The translations under genes were made by a program, and so were the position numbers. Under the pieces are notes generated by a model, which worked only from the letters and a program-made list of their open reading frames with translations, searched no databases and was not told the origin of the DNA. Below, piece by piece: positions 15,028 to 29,257 of a DNA stretch of 64,000 nucleotides. Every line of letters begins with the position of its first letter. Position 1 is the first letter of the stretch. The stretch comes from Eledone cirrhosa. Lineage: Eukaryota. Where the stretch lies: assembly GCA_964016885.1 (NCBI GenBank), contig OZ024748.1, positions 55,676,001 through 55,740,000 on the forward strand, in the 5' to 3' direction.

Positions 15028-15178
15028 ACGCCATGCTTTCCAATATAGTTGCGTCCCTTTACGGTCTGAGTTCAAATCCCGCCTTTCATCCTTACAGGGT
15101 CGATAAAAGAAAGTACGAGTAATGTACTGGGTAATTGCTGGCCTTGTGCCCAAAGTAGAAACAATTATTATTATTATA
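15028..15178 (+). mobile_element. 5'-truncated SINE family 1 copy with internal deletion
   Basis: Consensus match. The deletion joins two GCC microhomologies (CCCGCC|TTTCATCC). Confidence 0.88.
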
Positions 15179-15186
15179 TATATTAT

Positions 15187-15557
15187 TTCAGGCCCATAAC
15201 TCTGCTAAACACAGATTTCAAGAGTTTGGCCAAGGTGCTAGCAAAGAGGTAGGCGCTTGTCGTTGGTGGTCTGGTAGCAGGGGCGCAGACATGTGCCGTT
15301 CCCGACAGATCCACCCACAACAACCTCCACCTCATGCGATACATCGTGGAGCGGGTCGCTAGGGAACCTGGCACGGGTGGGTCCTTGATAAATTTAGATC
15401 AGTCGAAAGCTTTCGATAGGGTCGACCATCGTTATCGGGCGGCTAGCTTTGGGCCCGTCTTCAGAGGCTGGATCGCTGCCACGCACAGCGACATCTGCTC
15501 TCTAGTGAGAGTGAACGGTCACCTTTCGGAACCGTTCAACATCATGCGCTCGGTCCG
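15187..15557 (+). pseudogene. Reverse-transcriptase fragment of a Tx1/L1-clade non-LTR retrotransposon
   Basis: Translation FRPITLLNTDFKSLAKVLAKR*...QTCAVPDRS..NNLHLMRY...INLDQSKAFDRVDH...FGPVFRGWI...VRVNGHLSEPF...RSVR contains the RPI.LLN.D.K and D..KAFD.V.H motifs, with an in-frame stop. Confidence 0.9.
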
Positions 15558-15596
15558 CATGATGTTGAACGGTTCCGAAAGGTGACCGTTCACTCT
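15508..15596. repeat. Perfect 41-bp inverted duplication (7-nt loop) terminating the RT fragment
   Basis: 15508-15548 is the reverse complement of 15556-15596. Confidence 0.95.
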
Positions 15597-15796
15597 TCTT
15601 TTAGGTAAATATCATCAGGCTTTTCCCAGGATAAGTCATCTCAGACGTACTCCAAACTGGTTGGCAGATATCCCAGTCTGATGGAGAACTTTTACAGGTC
15701 TGATGATATAAGTTATATTTTAATCAGATTGCACAGAAAATATATTTTCGTAGCAATTTCGATGTACGTTTTACTATTATTATTATAAAAACCCAA

Positions 15797-15988
15797 GGGC
15801 GGTGAATTGGCAGTATCGGTAGAGGGTTGGACGCCATGCTTTCTAGCATAGTTACGTCCCTTTACAGTCTGAGTTCAAATCCCGCCGAGGTTAACTTTGC
15901 CTTTCATCCTTACGGGGTCGATCAAATAAAGTACCAGTAATGTACTGGGTATTTGCTGGCCTTGTGCCTAAAGTAGAAACAATTATTA
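15797..15988 (+). mobile_element. Full-length SINE family 1 copy with ~15-bp TSD
   Basis: Consensus match. TATTATAAAAA(A)CCCA occurs at 15781-15795 and 15984-15999. Confidence 0.95.
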
Positions 15989-16329
15989 TAAAAAACCCAT
16001 GTCTCTAAGTAATAGAATAAGTAATTTAAGGTAAAAAATATGAGGAACAATAAATATAGTAGCACTCAGGTAGCAAACACCAACAAGAACTACTTGATTT
16101 GGCAGAAATATTCTCCATCTGAAGTAAACATATTAAACTTACTGATTTATCCGAACGTGATTCGAACCAAGCCCAACTGAACTGAATCTAGAGAGTATTA
16201 GATATGCAAACATTAACATTTATTACACAACCAATTAATTGGTTGTGGAGTTCCGTATCTACTGAAGCTATCTAATAGTTATTAGGAATTTCAGTTATAT
16301 TCATGTATTGACATAAGCATACTTAGATA

Positions 16330-16471
16330 GTTAAATTCCAACAGATACATTGATGCCTATATACAAATAGATACAAACACAATATATATATATATATATA
16401 CACACACACAAATAGATACAAGCGCAGTGTATATATTATATATATATACACACAAATAGATACAAGCGCAG

Positions 16472-16503
<32 letters not shown>

Positions 16504-16519
16504 AATAGATACAAGCGCA

Positions 16520-16563
<44 letters not shown>

Positions 16564-16638
16564 AATAGATACAAGCGCAGTGTATATATTATATATAAAT
16601 ATATATATATATATACTGCACTTGTATCTATTTGTGTG

Positions 16639-16685
<47 letters not shown>

Positions 16686-16699
16686 TGCACTTGTATCTA

Positions 16700-16741
<42 letters not shown>

Positions 16742-16868
16742 CTGCGCTTGTATCTATTTGTGTGTATATGTATATTATATATATATATAATACACATATA
16801 CACACACATAGATACAAGTGCAGTATATATATATATATATTTATATATAATATATACACACATACACT

Positions 16869-16900
<32 letters not shown>

Positions 16901-16955
16901 TATTGTGTTTGTATCTATTTGTATATAGACATCAATGTATCTGTTCGAATTTAAC
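16330..16955. repeat. Foldback-like structure: ~58-bp terminal inverted repeats enclosing subrepeats in both orientations
   Basis: 16330-16387 is approximately the reverse complement of 16897-16955. Internal CACAAATAGATACAAGCGCAGT units occur forward x4, inverted x3, then forward x1, separated by (TA)n. Confidence 0.8.
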
Positions 16956-17699
16956 AAAATCTGAAAATAAAACTATAAATATGATATGATGAAGACAACA
17001 TGGTGAACTTTTATATTTAATTAAGGAGATTGAATAAATCTCGAATACTTTATAGGTGGAAATGACTACGGCTTGATTACTGATTAGTTTTTGGCGGGAA
17101 TGAATACACTTCATTATATACATATGATATAGTTACAATGAAACCTATTAATATCTAATGAAACTGTACCGAAATACATACTCATTTTGATATATAAATA
17201 TATATATATATACACCGAATGATCCAAATTTCGGTAAACACGCTTTTTCCGTATTATCACATTGGCTCATGTATACATACGTATGTTTGTGCATGTATCT
17301 TATATATATTTATATATATATATACATATATATACGTGTGTCTGTGTGTTGAAGTATTTATGTATGTTTTTGTATATGTGAATGTCTTAGAGGAAGTGTT
17401 TATGAGTGTCACCGTTCATGTTAGCAAAGTTTCGGTTCAAATTTACACAATTATGTGTCTTCTTCAAATGACAGTTCCTTAGACGCCATACTAGTGAGAT
17501 GAAAACCCACAGACACATCACTTCATGAACGTACGTACAAACGTACATATATTTAGAGAGAGGCTTGCATTTGCACGACGCTCTCCTGTGTATGAAGAAC
17601 TAGCAGCACCAAGCATAACACGAACATCAATATAAAACAAGAAAATGACAACACCATCATCACATGGAATATTTACATATCGCCAACGACACGCGACAA

Positions 17700-18260
17700 C
17701 ATTTTAAACACACACACACGTACGCATACACATACACACACACACATATATATATATGTGTGTGTGTGTGTATATATATGTGTATATATGTGTGTGTATA
17801 TATGTATATAATATATATATTACAATATATATAATGTATATGTATTATACATGTTATATTTGTATATTATATGTATATTGTATATATGTATATTATATAT
17901 ATGTATATTGTATATATGTATATTATATATATGTATATTATATATATGTATATTATATATATGTATAATATATATGTATATTATACATATGTATAATATA
18001 TATGTATATTATATATATGTATATTATATATATGTATAATATATATGTATATTATATATATGTATATTATATATATGTATATTATATATGTATATTGTAT
18101 ATTTGTATATGTATAGTATATATGTATAGTATATACATATATACTATATGTATATGTGTATATGTATAGTATATATATATATATGTATAGTATATATATA
18201 TATGTATAGTATATATATATATATATATATATGTATAGTATATATATATATATGTATAGT
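17700..18260. repeat. (TA)-derived minisatellite (TATATATGTATATTA / TATGTATAG units)
   Basis: Seen directly. Confidence 0.9.
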
Positions 18261-18261
18261 A

Positions 18262-18440
18262 TGAGAAAAACCACAGACCCTCCATCTCAACTCTACGCTT
18301 GAAAAGCAGAAGAACTACGAAACCGGTAAAGGAACCAAATAAATATATATATTAAAACAAAAATAAGACTCCAGTTGCATTTTCGATTCCAACTTTTTTT
18401 CATTATACTTTCACTCGTGTAGGACACTCGGTTATTTTTT
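18262..18440 (+). mobile_element. Short HHR-bearing element, family C (variant core; motif at 18295-18332)
   Basis: TTGAAAA-GCAGaagaaCTaC-GAAA-CCGG-TA followed by AATAAA. Homologous to 49145-49290 (minus) and flanked by (TA)n. Confidence 0.8.
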
Positions 18441-18460
18441 ATTTTGTAAAAAAACTTCAC

Positions 18461-18491
<31 letters not shown>

Positions 18492-21400
18492 AAGAGAGAG
18501 AGAGAGATGTGTGTGTATTATATACCAGTTTCTATAAATGTTTAGCCTTACCAGAATGAGAACTCAATACATTTGCATTGTACATTTCCTTTTCTAAGTA
18601 GAGAAATGGCAGTGAATCGGATGATTTTCATATATGTCATAACTATTACTATAGTTTCGTTTTATTTAAGTTGATCAATGCAAACTTGAAATGAATTGTT
18701 TTAATCATAACATAGTCCAACTGCCCATTATTTTTTTATATATATCTTATCATTGGTTGGAATAGGTATAAAATAAAAGAATTATACAATTCCAAACTCT
18801 GTGGCATGATGAGTGTCATGGATCTTATGTTAAATTGAATATGATTTATTAGTGCATGTTCATATCACACCCATGAAACTTCATTTACAGTAGCGAACAA
18901 ACGTGGGCGCTTTTATTTGAGTACAATACTTGTAAAGAAAGTAATATGAAGTTTCTTCCAAACCACAAACAACTACAATTGTATAATTACCTCCACTACA
19001 TATGATGTATAAAATAGAGAACATTATTGCTATGGCTACAATGATAGGTCTGCCCAAGTTGACTAAAACAATCAGCATCAACAGATCAACAGGAACGACA
19101 AATTGGAAAACATAGAATATTTCGTGATTAGATAAGCTACGTACGTATGTTAATGTGTAAGGGGCCCTTTAAATAAATGACTGCTTTACGAAGAGCCAAC
19201 TTGACATTCAATACGATTTCATGTACACGATGCTCACACATACGTATAACTGTCTAATCACATTACATATAATTGCTTTGAAGGCAATAAGTGAGCTGAT
19301 TGTGAGAAATCCTAGAGACAAGTTCAAATGAAGCCCACAATTAAGTAGCAATGCTAAATAGAAAGCCAAAAAAGAAGATGGTGGATGAGAAAAAAAACGA
19401 CATATAAAACGTGGTAGCTTCCGGCAAAGTTCGCTTTTTAGGGTCGTAAGAAAGGCACTTCAGTAATGAGAGACTAACAGCCAATGTTTTGTCATTACAC
19501 AATTGATCTTTTATCAATAAGATACCGATGTATTTCTTTCTTTCTATTAGGGTTTCTATAGCAGCCATCAGTTGGATAAATTCATTCAAAATGGTTTTCT
19601 TATCAAAATTAGCAATGGAGAAAATGGAAGGAAAAAATGAGGAATGAAAAAATAAAAAAAAGATGTAGGAGGGAAAGAAGAAAACAACAATCAGAAAAAA
19701 CTATACAATAGAAGTTGTGATGCTTGCGGCTAAGATAAAACGACAATTACAATTCTGTTACATTTATATGCGGATTTTCCACTTTTTTCTATGTTATACA
19801 TATTATCTTCGCTTTTATGCTATCCTGCTAGTTTGACTTAGATACACAAAAACACAAACTCTTTATTACAAACAAACAACACACAAAAAAAGGCAACTGC
19901 CAATGAATGTCAATGAGGAAAAAAATAGATATACATGCCAAAATGCACATGAACAGTTACTCCCACATTCACATACCCACACTGTCACTCATCACCCATA
20001 TCGCCACCCACATGTATATATATATATATATATAAGAAAAATCAGAAGAAATAAGGAATGAAGGGGGAGATTGTATGATTTTTACTTTAAACGTGAGCAG
20101 AAACACAAAGACTCGAAGAGAAAGGAAGACTTGAATACATAGATCAACTTCTATTTTCCTATTTCGCATTTCGTCTTCATCCTCGCTTAGATTCAATATA
20201 TACATATATAGCATTGAAATAAACCTATTATTATCGAATAGGTACATACAGGCATACACACATACACACACAAACACATTATATATATATAATGTGTGTG
20301 TTCGTTTGACGATTAGTTGTTCACAGGGAACTTTCTATTCTTTTGATACAGAGATATGTGAATCAGAGAAATAAACCTACGTTATTCCATTCACATAGCT
20401 TTTCATCAAAAGTCATCTGTGGCTAAAACATCAACTACAAGGAAAGAATTATCTTTCACACAAACATGCTAAAACTACAGCATTATAAGAAGAAATCTAA
20501 AGGCGCACAGCGTGATAGCTCATGTCTTATATTTACTCTCCCCACAAAATGTTGAATAGAAAATGTATATATGTTCATTTATTTAATGTCATCAATATGC
20601 CGATTATTCTGATGCCCCTGTACGGAATTAAATCGATACATTGAATACGTGTTTTTTTAACTTTTCAATTATTAATCATCATTTTATTCAGATCACAATA
20701 AAATAAATAAAAGTAAAGGCAAATGGAACAAAATCTCATCTATTATTAGGCTCCCTGTTACATTGCATGCTACAAAACATGTATTATATGATGCAAACGA
20801 ATAAGACACATGTGCAAATTGTTTGCAAGTGTACTAAGATTTCAATCAACTTACCATATCTTGCATCATCATAACTGTTTATGAAATATTCTTCAGCACA
20901 CGTACACTGTTTTGGGAGACAATGATTTGTTTTTTATTTCCTAATATAAGATTGTTGTGGAATTGAATTTTAGGAATAAATGTTAGGGGATAAATTGCAC
21001 GTTCGTGAGTAAAAAGAAAAACGCGATTTACCCTGATATTGAACGATTTTCTTTTTTTACTTTAATATGAAACCTTCCTTCCATGCTTCTCAGCTCTAAT
21101 CGAACGGATCAAAGTAGATTGAAATAGATCAGCACAATCGCCAATAATATTCGAAATATTTTCTGACGTAAATTATGTTTCGATGAATGGAAAGAACATG
21201 TGTCTGGTAGTTAACAGTCAAATGAAAAACAGATACTGAAATTCATGTATATAAAATGACAACATGGCGGCTATATATTTTCAGTTATTCGGTGTGAGAG
21301 CTTGAAATGGTTGCTTTGCCAAATTGCGAAGCAGCTTTGATGCATGGAAATGTGAAACATTGACATGATTTATCAGTTTAGAGTCGATCTTCATAGGGCT

Positions 21401-24400
21401 AGAAAATTAAAAGACATTATTTTTCACAATGTACTTTGATCATTGTTGAGATCGTGCTTACTCTGAGTGAATTACATATTGAAGCTGGTTAAGTTGAAAT
21501 ATCTTGTACAATTGTCTTTTGTAAAACATTATGAAATTTGAACCAACATCTAAATATCTAGCTAAAGGAATATGATTTAACATGCTCAGTACACGAAATA
21601 TCATTTAACGGTACCAAGATACATATAGAAATAATTAGTATTATTAATATACTACACAAAGCTATGTATCCAACATTGAAATTGAAGTTTACTCCTCTGT
21701 AAAAAGGTAGGGTGAGCAGGTCTAGAGTATGACCTTATTTTACAGATAAACAGAGATGAGTTATATCAAATAAAGCTTTTTTTGTGGAGATGATAAATAT
21801 TACCATTTAATTAGATTGCATTAACGTGTCAAATCTTTGCAAATACTGTTTAAAAAATTGCACATTTTAATAAATTTACATAAATAAAACTCTATAAATG
21901 ATTAAGAATGGGTATAAACATTTATGTTAGAATCAGATATGATTTATTAGTTGTTGATTACGAAATTACCAACTTTTGAGTATTTCAATGGAGATATAGT
22001 AAACACTATTAACGATACTTTTAAAGATCGATGTAAGACAAGGTTCCTGCATATATATAGTTTCCTCATTAGGAATCTCTATATCTCCATGCACGTCCTG
22101 AAATAATTGTTTCAATGAATAAATCACTAGAGCTGTTAACAGTATTGGAAACAATGGTTATTTTATTAATAGTATTAGTATCGATTCAACTAGTGCATCT
22201 AGCTATGTTGATTGTGTTATTAATGCTGGTATCATGATTGCTGCAAACATTAATTTGGTTTGCAGTTAGTGTTGTTGGCGATAATTACGTTAATGCTGAT
22301 TTTAATAGTGATATCGTAAGTGCTGTTGGTAATTGTTCGAGCATATGTATCATTATATATAATGCTATAGGGACGACAGTTTATAGCGGAGATCTAAACA
22401 ATAACCTTCTTCATAATTCTTATGTTTATATCAACTGAATGGATTTTGATGTCCATCATGACAATACAATTGACTATGCATGCTTTCAATTTATCTAGAT
22501 ACTATAAATAGCAGATATACAGGAAGTGTTACCTGAGGTAGACGACTGATCTATATCGAGAATGTTCATCCGAAAGCAATGAAGCGGTAGCTTAAAATCA
22601 GAGAATTAATGGAACTAAAAATAATTTCTTTAATGTATATCAGTAATACAGTAGAAGCCTTTCATTCGGATACTTTATGCTTAGTTGTCAGTTATGTTTA
22701 TGAGCATAGAATATGATTACCTATACATAAGTAAATAATTCTCTAGGTCATATATTACATAATCATGCTTTTTAGTTGCTTTTTTTTTTTTTTTTTTTTG
22801 TGCAAATTTTTCACTACGAGTGAAAACTATTTCACGTGATGGAAACAGTAGACAAAACTCCCGAATAAATAATGATTCCTTTATTGGCCACTAGGGCCCT
22901 ACACTTGAAAAAATAATATAGAATATATTAGATAATGAAGTGCAGGTTGCACATATCTGAACGAAAAAGGCTGGAGGGCCATGTTTTGGAACGCTTTTTA
23001 ATTTAGAACTATAGGAAACATTTGCTTTTCTGAGATTTGTCCTCAATCTGACCATGTATTACATAATAATTGTATATTATGACAATAAAATAGTATAAAT
23101 TAGATATATCTACTTTGCTATGGATCAATATTTTTTTCCATATCCTCATAATACCCAACACACACACACACATTCTCCTTTGCTTTCTCTATCTCTCTTA
23201 ATCCTCTACGCTGCTTTTACTAGATATATAATTAAAGATAGTATGACTGTCTTATCATCGAAAATACAGAATTCTATTGTTACAGCCTGATGACGACCGT
23301 CTCCCTTGAAACAACAATTGATGTAGGGTGTTGGTGTTCTTGCCAGCAGCGTTCGTTTTGAATGATGTATGCATGTTTATTTTTCCAGTGCGATATGGGT
23401 TTAGTGAGTGCGGTCAAATCTGATATTATGTGTGCTTTAATTTATGGAATGCTTTGTTTTTTCTACGAATATTTGCGTTCAAGATAAGGTAAATGATAAT
23501 CTAAATTATAAATATATTTACATATTGGTGATAGATTTATTGTGGGTGTACCTCCGACCAATTGCGAAATGCACCATTACATTCAAGAGAGCCATACTTG
23601 ATATAGGTAACAACTTGTGTAAATCTAGGACTTTATTGCTCCAATAATAAGGTATTTACCTGATATTTGTAACAAGTCTAATGAGCATATAAAATGTCCG
23701 TTGCTGGCTCAGGTGATGTCAATATTGAGATGGTAAGACAAATAAAATGTTTGTGAAAAACATATGTATATAAACACATGTATGTATATATGAACAGATG
23801 TATGTATCTCTCTCTTCCTCTCCCCCCCCCCCACGTTCTTCTCTCTCTATTCCTCTCTCTCTTCCACTCTCTTTTTCGTTATTTTCTCTCTCTCTCTCTC
23901 CCCCCCCGTTCTTTTCTCTCTCTCTTCATATCTCTTATTCTTTTTCTTGGTTTTTATATACAACAATTTTGATAATTATGTTTGTTAAGTATGCAATCTG
24001 CATAATCTTCGTCGGAGTACCTGAAAATCACACTGTTTGCCTAAAAAAATAACAACAATAAGAGATAAACATGTTTGAAGGCTCCACACAGCTGGTCATC
24101 TACTGATCACGCAGAATTGCCCTCACACAATTTCCAGCCACGATTTCAGGAAGCAGTCTTTTTCAAAATTGTTAAGACAACTGGCTACTCTTTCTAGCGA
24201 CGTATACGGTCACATAGAGACGCCTTCAATATTATTGGTGTATGTGACTGTATTTGCATGCATGTGTTACTGTGTGTGTTTATGGCTAAATCTATGACTC
24301 ACCCTTACATACACTCCAATATATGTATATGAATAGATGTGTGTGATTGTATGTGAATTAGTTAGATAATGTGTATATATGTATGCATATATATGTATAT

Positions 24401-25185
24401 ATATATATATAATTATGTATATAATTATATATATATATACATATGTATATACATATGTATATATATAATTATGTATATGTATATATATATATATATATAT
24501 ATAATTACGTATATATATAATTATTTGTATATATGTAATTATGTGTGTATATATATATGTGTGTGTATGTGTGTATTTATCTATCTACCTACTTATCTAT
24601 CTAGCTATCTATCGTGTAGATTGGCATATATGTATGTATATACATATATACACCAGTTTTTATATAAACACACACACATAGCGCTTGAAATTAATGAATA
24701 ATTGGCAATGATAAAATGGAAAAGATGTAATTATATACTATTTTAATTTTATTGTTACTCCCTATTGCCTACGTCTTATAAAGGACTAAATAACATTGCT
24801 AAATAGGTTTTTGATTAAATTAGATTAAAATATGGCAGGGAGATAAATGTAGAATGGATGTCACGTGTGGAACAGGGAGTTAGAATTTAATGGCGATTTC
24901 AGAATATAAGTGTTCCTCTGAGTAATTATACATTTATTTAATATAAACTGTGAGCTATAAAGTAATGGATAGCCGCAGATTGAAAGAAACAGCATTAGTA
25001 GTTACATGAACCATATTCACAAGATAAATGAAGTAAAGAGAACGTAAAATTGGACATATTTGAATAGATATAAAGATATGGGCCGCTTTCTGTACAGTTT
25101 GTACGTGAAGAGATCTTATGAGAGAGACTTGAGGGAGAGGGATATCTATCTATCTATCTCTCTATATATACTATATACTATATAT

Positions 25186-25227
<42 letters not shown>

Positions 25228-25290
25228 ATAGAACATTTTGGATTTTGTAAAGGTGACCAGGACGGCTGACACATGTATGTGTGTCCACAT

Positions 25291-25339
<49 letters not shown>

Positions 25340-27439
25340 ATATAATGAGCAATAAGTAATGCAAGCTGAATTGAGATGACACGATCGTGGGAGGTGAGGA
25401 AGATAAGAAGGTTTCTATAGTTAAAAAGCTAACGAAAAATACTAAAAAGGCTAAAGAAAATATATTAGGAATAACGAACTTGAAAGTAAATGAAGAATGG
25501 AAAAATAAGACTTTTGCAATGTGTAAAGCGAAGACAGATGAATATATATGAAAGAGAGGAAAATAAAACGAAGATATGAAAAATACATAAATATAAGAAA
25601 GAAGGAAATAATGAAACCATAGTATTAAAGAAATTGAAAGAAAAGAGATTGAGAAAGAAGGAAAAAAGATAGATGTGAGAGGGAGTATAATTATCTTTAT
25701 TTTCATTCCAATCAGAAATCGAATTAACCACACTGTAAACTTCGATAAGACTTGAAATTAAACCCACATCGATTCTGATTATAGGAAATGGTGCGGCAAT
25801 GTGGTGAGTGATGTGGGGGAGCTACAAACAGCAATCATGAATAATCTCCAGACATTCTATATTGATTAAAATAGATGTCACTTGAAGTTGTCCATCAAGC
25901 AGACCCCAATTATAACTTTTGCGTTATATTTGCCAAGAAAACAAGTGTCTGATTATAACATATATAAATAATGATTGGACGGCGATAATCTTAATTGTAA
26001 CTGTCAAGAAGCTGAATTTGAGCAGAGATAAAGTATGCACAATTAGATACTACCCTCTGACATATCTGTCCCTCTCTCTCTTTCTTTCTCCCTCTCTATT
26101 TCTCTCTCTCCCTTTGACTCTTTCTGTCTCTCCTATTTTCATTCTATTGTACATGTCGGAAAATTACAGTGAAATTTCAGACTGGTTTAAAGTTGATTTC
26201 TTCCATTAAGGCAATTGGGTGTAAGTAAAGCAATGGTGTTACCTTCACCGACCTTAAAGTCCTGTATATCGCGGCTCAGTAATTTTGATAAAAATAAATG
26301 CTTCTCTTTCTCTCAATACAATGAAGTAACTCATATATGCATTCTTCAAATTTCATGCCAAGTCTAATCTGTTTTTCGACCGTTATAGATAAGAAGTTTG
26401 GGCAACGTTCGATTAGGGGGATCCTAGCGTAAGTATTTACTGGAGTCTCGGCTAAATCCATTAGATGCGATAAGAAAAAGTTCCAATTAGTATAAACTCC
26501 ATATGTAGACACTGATGCTGACTAGTCATACTTTCCAAACAAGAAATATACACTATCATTCATTTATTCATTTAAATAATTTTCCATTCTTGCTTCTTGT
26601 TTCTTTCATTCATATTCCTTTAGAGATAGACACACGCCCACATTTACTCACGTCTACATAGACACAGCCACAAACACATACATACATGCACAAGCTCATA
26701 TAATTATGCAGAGAGGACACACATATTAATGTAAATATCTTAGCCATATTAGATTTATTCCAGATTGAAAATACAAAACAAATTTAAAATTTACACTTGC
26801 AAATTGCCATGGGAAAATGTCAAATTATAAAGTAGCAACACATTAAGAAAAGCATTCAATTTAAATGTAATTTAAATGATTCACAAGAGCTTTTCGTTAA
26901 GCACTATGAAAAAGAATAATTACAAACATACGTGAAACCTGTTGAAAATATAAAATATTAGATAACGATAAAACTTAATCGAATTGAAGGCAATTGTGAT
27001 GCGTCAGTGTAGTGACATCCCTGTTAGAAATAGCTTCTAATTTCCACCTAATTAGAATCCTACTGGCTTCAAAAGGAAAACGTACTTTACATCACCTTGC
27101 TTTAGATAACGCTTTAAGAGTGGTCGAAGGTCAATAAATGTGATCATAGGTATGGTGAATCACGATATATACATATCTCTCCATGATTAAACTTCATAAT
27201 ATATGATGGCAAAATTTGTTTAAGAAATACTTGTGCGCAGGCACACACACACATACAAACACACGCATATATATAACCACAATAAAAAGAGGGAACGAAG
27301 TATCAATTTAGCATATTGTATATATACTATTGATATATGGCACGCGTTTCGCCATCAATCAGCTCAAGGTTTGATTGGTCACGTGGTTTTAAATGATTGC
27401 GAGTACAGAGTTAAACCCCCAGCAATGGCTGGTACACAT

Positions 27440-27575
27440 TTTACCCTGAGTATACAGAAGCAACGTGTAATGATGTGTTTTGCTCACGACCACCGCACAC
27501 AACTCAGTCCAGGAATTGAATTCTCGACATTATGATCGTAAGCCCAACACACTCACAACTAATCCATGCGATGCC
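27440..27575 (-). mobile_element. SINE family 2 (tRNA-like head), diverged
   Basis: Similar to 52060-52210 and 59172-59300 (GCAACGTG.AAT..GTGT.TTGCT, B-box-like TTCAATTCCTGG). Confidence 0.7.
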
Positions 27576-28040
27576 TAAAATCTATTGTAAAAACTTTCTG
27601 AGACTGGGCGTATTGTTGTTTTCACTGCCGTCACAGGATTAAGACTTACCTCGACACTACCCTTCTCCAACACCAACGTGGAGCTAGATATTCCAGTCCT
27701 CCTCGGAAGAGGCATTGGTGGCATGCCTGAATCTGCTACAGGAATAATAAACCAAGGAATGTATTCGTTACTTGGTTTTAGTAGCCCTCATGGTTTTTGC
27801 TTCCACATGTGTTACAACTGGGCTTTCGTCTATTTCCCGTCAGTCTTATTAGTTTCATATTTGCACTCACCAGAGGACAAGGTTCTGGAATGGATCAGGG
27901 GCATTGAGGTGGGATGAGTATTTCTAGGATTCATACTCATTTTTCCCGACCACCTGTTATTTCTCATCATTTTGGCACTGTTTACATAACCCTATTTTTT
28001 AACAAAGGGAACAATGAACAGAGAACTATTAATATCTATA

Positions 28041-28449
28041 GGGCGGTGGATTGGCAGCATCGGTAGAGGGTCGGATGCCATGCTTTGCAGCATAGATTTA
28101 CGGCCCTTATGGTCTGAGTTCAAATCCCGCTGAGGTTAACTTTGCCTTTCATCCTTACGGGGTCGATAAAATAAAGTACCAGTAATACAGTGGGATAATT
28201 GCAGGCCTTGTGCCAAAAGTAGAAACAATTATTCTCTATAACTCTAGGGCGGTGGATTGTCAGTATCGGTAGAGGGTCGGACGCCATGTTTTGCAGCATA
28301 GAGTTACGGCCATTATGGTCTGAGTTCAAATCCCGCCGAGGTTAATTTTGCCTTTCATCCATATGGGGGGGGGGGGGTCGATAAAATAAAGTACCAGTAA
28401 TGTACTGGTTAATTCCTGGCATTGTGCCTAAAGTAGAAACAATTATTAT
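28041..28449 (+). mobile_element. Two tandem SINE family 1 copies (28041-28232, 28247-28449)
   Basis: Consensus match. The second copy has its core GGGG expanded to a long G run. Confidence 0.95.
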
Positions 28450-28699
28450 CTCTAACTCTGTTTCTTTTGCACTTCCCCTCCTGGGGTACACATTTGTGGA
28501 TGGCGTTTAAATATATCCCCGCCTCCCTTTATGTGACAAAGGTAAATTATCTTTCTCTGCGCCATTTTCTGTATATATACTTCGGGCAAGGAGATATATT
28601 GCTTTTGGAAATTGAATAACTACCGGTCAGTTGTGTTATTTTACTTTCGCCATTTGAACATGCTCTATTGCATGCTACATTGGTCAGCGAGTTTGTGAC

Positions 28700-29089
28700 T
28701 CTCTGTAGTGGCAGTGTGTAGTGGCAGTGTGTATGTGTGTACTGGCAGTGTGTGTGTAGTGGTTTTCTGTAGTGAAAGTGTGTGTGTGTGTAGTGAAAGT
28801 GTGTGTGTGTAGTGGCAGTGTGTGTGTACTGGCAGTGTGTGTGTGTAGTGGCAGTGTGTGTGTGTACTGGCAGTGGGTGTGTACTGGCAGTGTGTGTGTA
28901 GTGGTTGTGTACTGGCAGTGTGTGGGTATGTGTAGTGAAAGTGTGTGTAGTGAAAGTGTGTGTAGTGGCTGTGTGTGTGTAGTGAAAGTGTGTGTAGTGG
29001 CTGTGTGTGTGTAGTGGCTGTGTGTAGTGGCAGTGTGTGCGTAGTGGCAGTGTGTGTGTGTATTCACAGTGTGTGTCTGTGTGTAGTGG

Positions 29090-29123
<34 letters not shown>

Positions 29124-29165
29124 TGTTTGTGTGTGTAGTGGTTGCGTGTGTAGTGGCAGTGTGTG
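28700..29165. repeat. (GTAGTGGCAGTGTGT)-type minisatellite
   Basis: Seen directly. Confidence 0.9.
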
Positions 29166-29257
29166 GGGGAATGTTGTTGTTATCGCTGTTATGAAAATAT
29201 TAACATTATTAATAATGATTATTACGATCATTTCTAATTAAACTTCCCCTCCTCCCC

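Noticed and set aside
16330-16955. CRISPR-like repeat-spacer pattern
   Set aside because: The spacers are microsatellite, orientation is mixed, the context is eukaryotic and there are no cas genes.
24077-24227. Possible old MITE (GAAGGC...GCCTTC ends)
   Set aside because: Terminal match of only 6 bp, with no clear TSD.
27640-27950. Possible decayed RTE 3' end on the minus strand
   Set aside because: Only vague resemblance; no motif could be read confidently.
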